This document shows positions 1 to 9,799 of a stretch of 20,000 bases of DNA, one piece after another. Made by a program: the position numbers and the translations under genes. The stretch's first letter is position 1. Each line of letters opens with the position of its first letter. The stretch comes from Atractiella rhizophila (lineage: Eukaryota): the NCBI GenBank assembly GCA_021432655.1, contig MU271180.1, positions 136,048-156,047 of the forward strand. The letters run 5' to 3'. A model generated the notes under the pieces. That model saw only the letters and a list, made by a program, of their open reading frames with translations, made no database searches and had not been told where the DNA came from.

Positions 1-30
1 AGCAATCTGTTGGACTGAAACTCGTTCAAG

Positions 31-1537
31 ACGGTTGGAATCCTCGACCAGCGACAAGTACAGCTGACGTCCGTCGACTTGGCTCGCTTCTGTTGGAAGG
101 AGGATACCGCGGACGGCCGTAGCAAGACCGTCTTCAGTCGCGTCACCATCTGGATCGGCGTCGTTCCCGATAGCACCAACGGCGATACTGCATTCGATTC
201 CTGCCAACCCATTCTCCAACTCCTCTCGAGGTACAGCATTGACGATGTCGACGTTGCTTACCGAGAGTCAGACGCTCAGCTTCTCGCTGGGCCACCACTC
301 TACGCTCCTGTTAGCGACCTCCATCCGTTGAAAGACGTGATGGAATGGATCACCACCGCTCTTACCGTGCCCATCGCCGGTGTCAAGACTCTACAGATGC
401 AAGGCACTCTGGGCTTTTATTTCAAGGTCGGTGACGATCTCTATGGCGTCACGGCACGACACATCCTGTTCCCCGGCGTGCAAGGTAACGTGCTCTACAA
501 CTACACCTGTAGGTTCGTTTCCCCTCGAAAGATAAGCGAGTTCTGACCACAACTACACAGCCGGTCCTAGGAAGGACGTTGTCGTCATGGGCAACAAGGC
601 CTTCGACGACTTTCTTGCGTCCATTCAGGCCAATATCGGTTCGCTGAACGGCACCGTCAAGGTGCTCAAGAAGCGTGTTGCATCGCTCACGACGACGGCG
701 CACAACGGTAACGGGCAGGCCGCAAGCGATTTGGCGGACACCCGAGCCGACTTGGAGAAGAAAGAAAAGGCCATCGAGGACCTTAAAGACTTCTTTGCCA
801 CGATGAAGAAGGACTGGGCTGCAGTCAATAAACGCGTTATTGGCCAAGTCGTCTGGGCGCCTCCGATCAGCGGTCTCAATGGACCTGACGGCTACACCGT
901 CGACATTTGCGTCGTCAAGTTGAACGAGAGGAAGTTCAAGAACTGGAAGGGGAATGTGATTGACCTTGGTGCGTGCTAACCGGTTCACGCTGGAGGGCGC
1001 CTACCTAATCTGACTTGTCGTATCTTAGGCACAAAGATCGAGTCCGGCAAGTTTATGAGTCTTATGTATCCTCGTGACAATTCGCCGTCCGAGTTTGACT
1101 ACCCCGAGACTCGCCTTTACAAGATCAAGAAGATTCTCGCCGCGGCCAAGATCAAGGAGTCCAACAACTTCGACATGAATGGCGATCCCGTGCGCTTCGT
1201 GATCAAGAGTGGCCACACCACAGGTACTACGGTCGGTCGTCTTACTGGCTTCGAGTCTCACAAGCGCCAGTACGACATCACCGGCAACTTCGACTCCATC
1301 GAGGCTGCCATCTATCCCTACGACAACGACTCTTCTACATTCTCTCGGCGCGGTGACTCTGGATCTGCCATTGTCGGCGCCGACAACGACATCATCGCCC
1401 TGCTCACCGGTGGCAGTGGTCCTACTGACTCTTCAGATATCACGTACGGCACTCCGATGGAGTGGTTGTGGAACAAGGTCATCAAAGTCAAGTTCCCCGG
1501 CGCCGTGCTCTTCTTCGACGACATCCCTGACAACTAG
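31..1537 (+). CDS. Trypsin-fold (PA clan) serine protease, Ssy5/peptidase S64-like fungal family; 5' end outside window
   Basis: Hand-spliced exons 31-508, 561-968, 1029-1537. Introns 509-560 (GTAGGT..CTGAC..CAG) and 969-1028 (GTGCGT..TAG) join ORFs 79, 587 and 1055 in frame. Triad motifs: LGFY..YGVTARH (His 460-462), YTVDICVV (Asp 902-904), SRRGDSGSAIV (Ser 1358-1360), plus KSGHTTGTTVG. In-frame stop at 16-18 and AAG at 28-30 suggest an upstream intron. Confidence 0.8.
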
Positions 1538-3231
1538 GTTCGTCTCTCCCCTCCTGTCTAAGCCCTCTCGTACTTCCTTCCTGACTACGTTTGTGTAGCG
1601 CTTCCCAAGACGTCCTCGCATCGGTTTTTTTTCTTCATCAACAATTGCTCGTCGTCTCTTCCATCTGCCCACGCTCATTGTCTCGATTCATTCTCGTTTC
1701 TCGGTGCTCAGTTCTGTCTTGGTTGGGGTCAGTGGCGCAGACAGATGTTTGGATCGTCAACAGGCCGTTCAGGTTCGTCTCTCGCATCTGTATCATATTT
1801 GAGATCCTAACTAACGATCGCTTGCGGCACTAGCAAACGTCGGTTTCTGCAACTTCCTTCCCCCTTCCACTCTATGCTTCCCCTTTCTTTCTCCGTCTGC
1901 GAAATCGTGCTCGTTTTCCTTTGACTCCCCATTCTGTGCTCGCTGGTCGTTGGTGCAAACGCATGCTTCGACGGTTGGATCTGCTGTTCAGGTCTGTGTC
2001 GTTTCTTCCGTCTCTCGTTCTTTCATAACCGTGATTGACGACCCCGACGTCTAGCGCATGTCCCAACCCGCACATTTCGTTTGTCGCCATCGACCTCGTC
2101 TTTCATTCTCCCCTGCTCGTAATTTAATGGTTAGTTGTTGGTCGTCGGACGGATGCTTGGACCGGTGAACCGCTTGCCTTTGTGAGTTTCTTCCCCCTGT
2201 ACCTGACTTCTCGTCTTTCTTACCACAACAACCTCTGACGTCTAGGCCCTGGATGCGTGGACTTGTTGTTCAGGTATGCCGTGTCCATCTTTTCATTCCC
2301 CCGTTGCGCCGAACTAATAGCTTTCCTCGATGGTTTAGGTCTTGGACTCGTGGACTCGTCGTGCTGATCGTTGTTGCTTCTCGTCGTCGGACACTATCAA
2401 CCCCCGTGTACTAACTACCTCGCTCGTGACTCATATGGTCTTCCCTCGTCGTATACATCCCCCACTCAAAGGTCGATCACAGAGCTTCACCGCGCCCCAA
2501 ATATGCGCTTGACGGGCTCATTCTCGTCAACGGCTGTCCTTCACGTTGACAGTGCTGCTCGATGTTGACGTTATCACGATGTTAGGAAAGTTGGTAGGTC
2601 GCCGTTGTGTTGTCCGGGGAAGGGTCAAGCAGAAGACTTGTCGTTGTTGGTGCTGGAACAAGTGCGAGACGTAAAGTGAGGGATTGTTCGCGTTGCTTTA
2701 TGTCTTTGCATGCTGATGATACGGATGACCTCTTCGCACACGTCTAGGAGCTCATCACGATCGTCAAAGCAGCGAAAACGGGTCTTGACGGTATGCTGAA
2801 CCCTGAACTCAAGGTTTATTCCGGTTCACCCGCTTTCTGAGGCGAGGAGTGCCGTAGTTTCGTGCATTCCATTGCGACGTCCATGTAAGCTTCACCAGTG
2901 GGTAAACTAATACAGATATGCGCACTTTGTCTACACATTTGACGATGCTGATCCTCCACTCTTAAGTTCCCGCCAGTGCAAGCACATAATCGACGACAAG
3001 ACGGGTCTCGATACTACCCCTAAAGAGTGCAGCAGTCCGAGCATACGCAGACTCGTAGCTCGACATCACGTCCAATGTATTGGAACTGAAGGACAAGATT
3101 CACCAGCGTGAGTGGACAGTGACAGTCGTCAGCTTTCTAATATACAGAACGACAGCATCAGCTATCGGGTGAAGTAAGAGTCACCCTAGCGTAAAGTTGA
3201 ATGCGTCGAGACAGTGGTGCGCGACGTTTAG
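1538..3231 (+). other. Run of intron-like elements with no long ORF: spliced 3' UTR, lncRNA or decayed micro-exon gene
   Basis: GT..branch..AG units at 1538-1598, 1773-1833, 1992-2054, 2182-2245, 2274-2338, 2676-2747, 2791-2857, 2885-2966, 3108-3147 and 3174-3231. Most match the size and signals of introns in the neighbouring genes. Confidence 0.45.
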
Positions 3232-3537
3232 GAGACTAGTCTAACAACATTGCTGGTCCGTGGAGATCGACGGCATGGGCTGAGCACCCCAGTCGGCTGT
3301 TCTAGAGGACAACGAGACCGGAAATGAAGACCAGATTCACGGTCTTCGAGACCGTGCCCCAGCCAATTCTCAAAACAACTCTGAATTCGTGAATTGGCAG
3401 TATTTACCATCAAGCGGGCAGATTGATCTAATGGTCTACATTGCCTAGCTTTATCTCGATGTGGTGATTAAGGTTGTGCTAAGCTTCAAGCTTGCTCTGC
3501 TGTATTTTCAGGCTTTACTCTCCTCTGCAGCTGAAGA

Positions 3538-3657
3538 CACGTGACAGGACAACTTTCGAAATGCAGACCTGCTTCTTTTGCATGATGACATCATTGCGTC
3601 GATTAACGTGACGTGTGGATGAGGAGAGACGCCCTCTTGCTTTATAAAGAAGCCCCT
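3538..3657 (+). promoter_or_regulatory. Promoter of the small protein gene: TATA box plus CRE/bZIP-like and STRE-like sites
   Basis: TATAAA at 3643-3648, about 70 nt upstream of ATG 3717; CACGTG near 3538, TGACATCA 3586-3593, TGACGT 3609-3614, CCCCT 3653-3657. Confidence 0.45.
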
Positions 3658-3716
3658 TTCTCCATCGAATCCCACCAAACTGAACGAATCCAGCCACGAC
3701 CGTAACGAACCACATC

Positions 3717-4298
3717 ATGTCCGCACCTCAATCGCGCGACCCATCTCCTGCAGGCTCACAACCTCCCACTCCGCCTCAAGAGCATCCCGAGGGAGGGCAA
3801 GAATCGCCCGTCCAGTCTCCCATCCAATCTCCCGCCCTCGAATCTCCCACCCACTCTCCTCTGCCCAGTCCTGCCCAGAGCCCAGCAGCGAGCAGACAGC
3901 CTTCGCCTGCGCCTCAGCCTGCCGCGTCTCGATCGCGAACGAGGAAGACGCGGGAGAGGCAGAGGCCGAATCGCATCGAACAGTTGCCTACGGATGGGGA
4001 GACGGATGCTGAGCATAAAGGATTGCAGAGGGTCAGGGGAGGAGTTGTCGGTCCGTCGCAGGAGGAGAAGAGGAGGGAGGTGAGGCGGGAGAGTCAAGGA
4101 GGAGGAGGAGGAAAGAAGAAACGCGATCCTGTCAGTTTGAGGGTAGATGTCAATCTCACCGCTGAGGTTCGTGATCTCATTCTTTACAACTTGTGACTGA
4201 GGAAACTGAAGAGTGCTCGTTTTGTGTAGATTACATTGAAGGCGAAAATACACGGTGATCTGACGCTCACCATGCATGAAGGCTTGGGCCTGTCTTAA
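3717..4298 (+). CDS. Small Pro/Ser/Gln-rich disordered protein with a conserved uncharacterised fungal C-terminal motif
   Basis: Exons 3717-4166 and 4230-4298; intron 4167-4229 (GTTCGT..TAG). Spliced C-terminus GGGGGKKKRDPVSLRVDVNLTAE|ITLKAKIHGDLTLTMHEGLGLS* resembles the fungal LRLDLNLDVEIxLKARIHGDLTL tail (recalled, not searched). Confidence 0.8.
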
Positions 4299-4626
4299 AT
4301 TTCGTACCGTTGATGGGTCAGTTTGCTTTCTCGTCGAATCATACTTACTTACCTTGGATGCTTTGACTGCAACAGACATTCGCAGTTCGTATCATACCGC
4401 TCTCTGCTTTGTAAATATCCATCTCGCTTGAAGAATTAAAGTAGCGCGAGTGAAAGAGATGTATTGTGTACAATCAACGTCTTTAATGAGCATTCGAATT
4501 CGATATTTTCTCTGTACAATCGACAACACACTCGTTTGCGCCTCTTTCAGGAGGAGTCTATCACGATCTTATCCACATCGTCTGTCCATTCCCGAAGCAA
4601 CCTTGGAGGTCAAATGGAACCAACAA

Positions 4627-6741
4627 TCACCAAGACTGTGACATAAATCTCTGTACTGTACTTAACGCCTGGTACCTCACGTCCTAATTTTCCATCAATC
4701 AGTCCTCTCACAATGTAGCAGATCACTTTCAGAGAAAGTGGGAAGACGCACAGAGTCGGGGTGCGACATGAGCTCCATAACCTTCGCCTTCGCTCCCAGC
4801 TCCTGCGCTTTGCTATTCCATTCACGAGATCAATCCCAGCATTGAACGAAGGAAGGCAGGAAGAAAGGAAGGACAAACCTTTTGCCGGTGTCGCAGAACT
4901 TGAGGTACTTTCCCACATCGCTAGCAGCAACGGCCAAAACTTCGACCTCTTGTCGACTGATGAGGAGCTGGACGAGGCGCCTTCACCCATATACCCTTTA
5001 GCATCATACGCTCTGACGACGAGGGATAGAGAGCAAAATGGCGCACTTGAGGCCCTCGTAATCTTTCTCATTCAACCGGCTCGCGTTCTCCCGCCAGAAA
5101 TCGTCGCTCGTATGCAGTGGGGACCAAGTGAGTTGACCCGACTGAATCTCGGTGATGTATTCGTCGTAGGTACTTCATTCATCACCATCATTCTCCCTTC
5201 GTTCACGCAAAATAAAGGACGGAGGGAGGGGACGAAGGAAGACATACGTCATACCCTCGCTTCCCTTCTTCAATTCCTCCCTAAGCCACTCCACATCCTC
5301 CTTCAGCTCCTCGTCGTCCGATTGGACCTTCAGTTTGGCAGATTGTGAGTCCAGGAACTCGAGTAGGCCGAGTTTGTACAGGAGCATTGGGGGAAGCGAT
5401 TCCTCCGGCGCCTGGGTGAGAAGATTCTGCTCTCGCCAGCCATCAGAATCAATTTGCGTGTTGGAAGATGGAGGAGAGGTTGGAGACGAACCCGGAAGGT
5501 TGCAACGATGACGCGAGTCACTTTTTCTTTCACGGCGATCTTGAGTGTCTCGCCCAAGAGAGGGATGATGGGATATTTCCTGCGAGGCGTCCAATCAGCT
5601 ATCAAGATTCGAGCGAGGGGATAGAGGGATAGACCAACTCGACGATTCCTTTAGCGAAATCAGCATCGAACGTTGCTTGCCATAGCGAGAGAGCGACAAG
5701 ATAAAGGGTCTGAGGGTCTCCATATCCGTTGCCATTACCGTTGCCATTGCCATTTCCATTTCCTGGCTTCTTCGCCTCCAGGACCTTGACTAGCCTTTCG
5801 AACCACAGTGAGAATGAGCTATCGCCTTTTGGATATAGAAGAAGACCCACCCATCTACAGGTTTCTCCTCATCTGCGCCGTCCGACGATTCTGATCGCCA
5901 CAGCTCCTTCCTGACATCCTGTGCTCGAAGGGCAGAAGAGAGAGCAAAGAGGGCAAGGTTGAGGATTTCTGTTGGAGGAGTGGAGTGGAGGAGTCTGGAG
6001 ATTTGAACGAGGAGGGAGGAAATGATGGATGACGGTGGAGATGATGGATCTTCCCTATTCCATTTCTCATTCTTGACACAGCTTGTGAACAAGGAAAGGA
6101 CTGACGAGAGAAAGCGTGAGAGGAGGTAAAGTGACATTAAGGAAATGAAGCGATCTTGCGAATTTAGGTGCCTTAATGCCAACGTTCAGAGGGAGCAGCT
6201 TTGAGGGTCCGAAGAGGCAAAACATACCGCGAGAGGCCCGTGTAGATGGAAGGTGGCTTGCTCTTGGTCTCGTCACTGATCAAGAGATCGCCTTGGTCGA
6301 GCGAATAGAAGAGCTGGAATCTTGTTTCATCGCCTATTAGCTCATGTGTCAGCTCAAATAGTCTCGTTCCAGGCATCACGACGAGTACCTGCCAACAGCT
6401 TTTCTGTGGAAGCAAGCACGAACTGGATCGGCTCGTTCCTGCTGAGACTTCCCAACAGTTTGGTATACAGCTCTGCGTACTTCGTCAGGCCCTGGTCTTT
6501 ATCCTACACCACCAAATTCGAAGCAAAGCGTGATAATATCAAAGCATGCCCTCAATCATAAGCGAGAGGATGAGAAACACACCTGCGGCTTGCTCTTTTC
6601 GAAGTTAGGAGTCGACTGCACAAGCTGCACGTCGCCTTGCGACACAATCCCTGCTCGCTGATAGGAATCCCATGGAAGTGCTCGGGTAAGGATCTTGGTA
6701 GATTCCGAGGACAGAAAGGGGGAAGCCGAGGAAAGAGACAT
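4627..6741 (-). CDS. VMA13: V-type proton ATPase V1 subunit H
   Basis: Twelve exons / 11 introns splice in frame. N-terminal ILTRALPWDSYQRAGIV; AVKEKVTRVIVATFRNLL; C-domain TYDEYITEIQSGQLTWSPLHTSDDFWRENASRLNE, LAVAASDVGKY, LGAKAKVMELMSHPDSDVRYQALSTVQRFM. ATG at 6741, TGA at 4629-4627. Confidence 0.95.
5724..5763 (-). repeat. Degenerate hexamer coding repeat encoding (GN)6 in a VMA13 loop
   Basis: Minus strand ggaaat ggaaat ggcaat ggcaac ggtaat ggcaac gga encodes GNGNGNGNGNGNG. Confidence 0.8.
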
Positions 6742-6987
6742 TTCGTCGTTTCGTAACACAAAACTCAAGTAGGACGGACGCTAGCAACATGAGGCGTACG
6801 AGCCAAACGTATTAACCCCCCGGGGATGCTGTCTGTGCGATGTGTCGACGTGGCATGGTGCGCGGTGGCGAATTTTTGACACGTCGCCAAACCACCATTT
6901 AAAAGGGTTCCACCTCGAATATTGCCCACTTTGACTCTCTTCGCCTCTCCATCACTGCCCCTTCCCTTCTGTTCCATAGCCATAACC
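6742..6987. promoter_or_regulatory. Compact divergent VMA13/KAR2 promoter with UPRE-like bZIP sites
   Basis: 246 bp between the two ATGs; GACGTGGCA 6847-6855, TGACACGTCGCCA 6877-6889, TATA-like TTTAAAA 6898-6904. Confidence 0.6.
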
Positions 6988-9430
6988 ATGGCCAACAGAA
7001 ATAACATGCCAAAGCGGAAGCTCACTTCCAAACTCCTCTATTCACTCCTCCCTGTTTTCCTCTTCATCGCTTGTTGGAGCCTCATTGGAACTGCCAATGC
7101 TCAGAAGGAGGATGTAAGCGTCTACTTGTGCTTCTGTCAGAGGAACTGGGACTAATGGGGGTTTTCTAGTTGGGAACAGTCATCGGTATTGATGTATGTT
7201 AATTTGCCATTCCTCTGTGCGCTGCTCAAATATCATGCATAGTTGGGAACGACATACTCTTGTGTTGCGTACGTATTTCATTGTGTCCTATAACGGGAGC
7301 AGAGCTGAGGGGTTGTGCAGCGTTCAGAAGCAAGGACGGGTGGAAATCCTGACCAACGACCAAGGAAACCGTATCACACCGTCCTATGTCGCCTTCGCCG
7401 CCAACTCTGGCGAGCGAATGATTGGAGACTCAGCCAAGAACCAATACGCCCAAAATCCCACCAACACCATCTTTGACGCTAAGCGTCTCATCGGACGAAA
7501 ATTCGACGACCGTGAAGTCCAACGTGACCTCAAACACTATCCTTTCAAGGTCGTCGACAAGAATGGCAAGCCCAACATCCAGGTCGAGGTCGGAAACGAG
7601 AAGAAGACCTTCGCCCCAGAGGAGATCTCTGCCATGGTTTTGTGAGTCTTTACTACCCTCCGTTTTGGATTGTGGTTGAGTCAGAACCTACAGGATCAAG
7701 ATGAAGGAGACCGCTGAGGCATACCTTGGAACCAAGGTTACCAACGCTGTTGTCACGTTCGTCTTCTTGTTTCTATCCTCACAAAAGCACTAACAAGCCG
7801 TTCAGTGTTCCCGCCTACTTCAACGACGCTCAGCGTCAAGCCACAAAGGATGCCGGTACGATTGCTGGACTCAACGTTCTCCGAATCGTCAACGAGCCCA
7901 CGGCCGCCGCCATCGCTTACGGATTAGGACAACACGGAGCTGGAGAGAAACAAATCATCGTATACGATCTTGGAGGAGGAACCTTCGATGTTTCCCTCCT
8001 CTCAGTCGACGACGGAGTCTTCGAGGTTTTGGCTACCGCCGGTGATACCCACCTTGGAGGAGAGGATTTCGATAACCGTGTCATCGACCATTTCGTCAAG
8101 CTCTGGAAGAGGAAGCACGATGGACAGGACATCACTAAGAACTTGAGGACGATGGGAAAACTCAAGAGGGAGGTCGAGAGGGCGAAGAGGACGCTCTCAT
8201 CTCAAATGTCGGTCAAGATCGAAATCGAGGCTTTCTTCGAGGGACAGGATTTCTCCGAGACTCTCACCAGGGCCAAATTCGAGGAACTTAACATCGATTT
8301 GTTCAGGAAGACCATGAAGCCCGTTGAACAGGTTCTCAAGGATGCCAACGTCAAGAAGGAAGATGTGTCGGATATCGTTCTTGTCGGTGGTTCCACTCGT
8401 ATCCCCAAGGTCCAGGAACTTCTTAAGGATTACTTCGATGGAAGGGAACTCGCCAAGGGTATCAATCCTGATGAGGCTGTCGCTTATGGTGCTGCCGTTC
8501 AGGCTGGTCCGTTTTTCTCTTCTTTGCTGATGGGGACTGAGATTCTTTCAGGTATTTTGGCTGGTGAGGAGTCGTTGAAGGAGATGGTTTTGATCGACGT
8601 CAACCCTCTCACTCTCGGTATCGAGACGACTGGAGGTGTCATGACCAAGCTCATCGGAAGGAACACTGTTGTGCCCACGAAGAAGTCCCAGATCTTCTCC
8701 ACCGCAGCCGACAACCAACCTACTGTCTTGATCCAAGTTTTCGAGGGAGAGCGATCGATGACAAAGGACAACAACCTCCTCGGCAAGTTCGAGCTGACCG
8801 GCATCCCCCCCGCTCCTCGTGGCGTTCCTCAAATCGAAGTCACTTTCGAAGTCGACGCCAACGGTATCATGAAGATCAGCGCTCAGGATAAGGGAACTGG
8901 CAAGAGCGAATCTATCACCATTACCAATGACAGTACGTCTTTCTGTGTTCCTTTCTCGTCGCGATGTGGGATGGATCTGACAATTTGTTCGCAGAGGGAC
9001 GTCTTTCTCAAGAGGAGATTGATCGCATGATTCAGGAGGCTGAGGAATTTCGCTGAGGCGGATGAGGAAGCTAAGAAGAAAGTCGAGTCGCGTAACGCGG
9101 TACGTCCTTTTCTTTTTTCCCCAGCATTTGATGCTAATTTTGCCGTCATTGCAGCTCGAGAACTTTGTTTTCTCCCTCAAGCAACAAGTGACGGATAAGG
9201 AAGCCCTCGGTGGCAAGATTGAGGATGAGATAAACAGACCATCTTGGACGAGATCAAAGAGGTCCAAGACTGGATGGAAGAGGATGGCGCGACCGCCTCC
9301 GCTTCGGATTTCGAGGAGAAGCTCCAGGCTCTCCAAGCCGTCGTCTCGCCCATCACTTCCAAGCTCTACTCTTCTGGAGGATCTGGATCTGGGGGACGAC
9401 GAGCCACTGCACTCACATGACGAGCTTTAA
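6988..9430 (+). CDS. KAR2: ER lumenal Hsp70 chaperone BiP; three apparent 1-nt indels near the 3' end
   Basis: Signal peptide ([23 protein letters not shown]), [56 protein letters not shown]-terminal HDEL*. Introns 7114-7169, 7194-7242, 7269-7320, 7642-7693, 7757-7805, 8507-8551, 8933-8994, 9100-9154. Confidence 0.97.
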
Positions 9431-9799
9431 TGCATGGATGGATGGATGCGGTTGGGTGGCGTGAGGGATGCAAAAGGGCAAGCGATGTGTAGAGATATAT
9501 CATGGGCTCGACCCAATTATTGCATTGCATTTTGTCGTTTAATCTACAATTATCTGCATTCGCTTGTGCCTGAGAGACCTGTGAACAACTGAGTGATTTT
9601 GTTTGGCTGAAATTGGGATTGGTTATTGACGCACTGCACTGAGGAAGCTAAGAACGAGTTGCGTGGGTTGGTGTTGTGAAGTGTTATGTCTACTTTGGGG
9701 AGTTACTACTCAACTTTCCATGTCACGTCTCTATCTCAAGCTCGAGAATGCACTGCGATCCATTCCTCCTTTTCCATCTATCAACACGAATCGACAAGC

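Noticed and set aside
449..988. 179-aa antisense ORF over the protease
   Set aside because: Shadow of a GC3-rich coding strand.
3233..3242. Palindrome AGACTAGTCT as a possible Helitron or transposon end
   Set aside because: No GC-rich subterminal hairpin, matching terminus or TSD found.
3756..4379. 207-aa minus-strand ORF
   Set aside because: Shadow of the low-complexity + strand gene, which has the TATA box, intron and conserved motif.
4761..5348. 195-aa + strand ORF
   Set aside because: Antisense to conserved VMA13 exons; no recognisable motif.
7167..7250. Two KAR2 micro-exons both beginning TAG|TTGGGAAC
   Set aside because: Explained by the protein sequence [14 protein letters not shown]; no duplication event is needed.
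8548..9336. 262-aa antisense ORF opposite KAR2
   Set aside because: Long antisense ORFs opposite Hsp70 genes are a known codon-bias by-product; it crosses sense introns and has no independent features.
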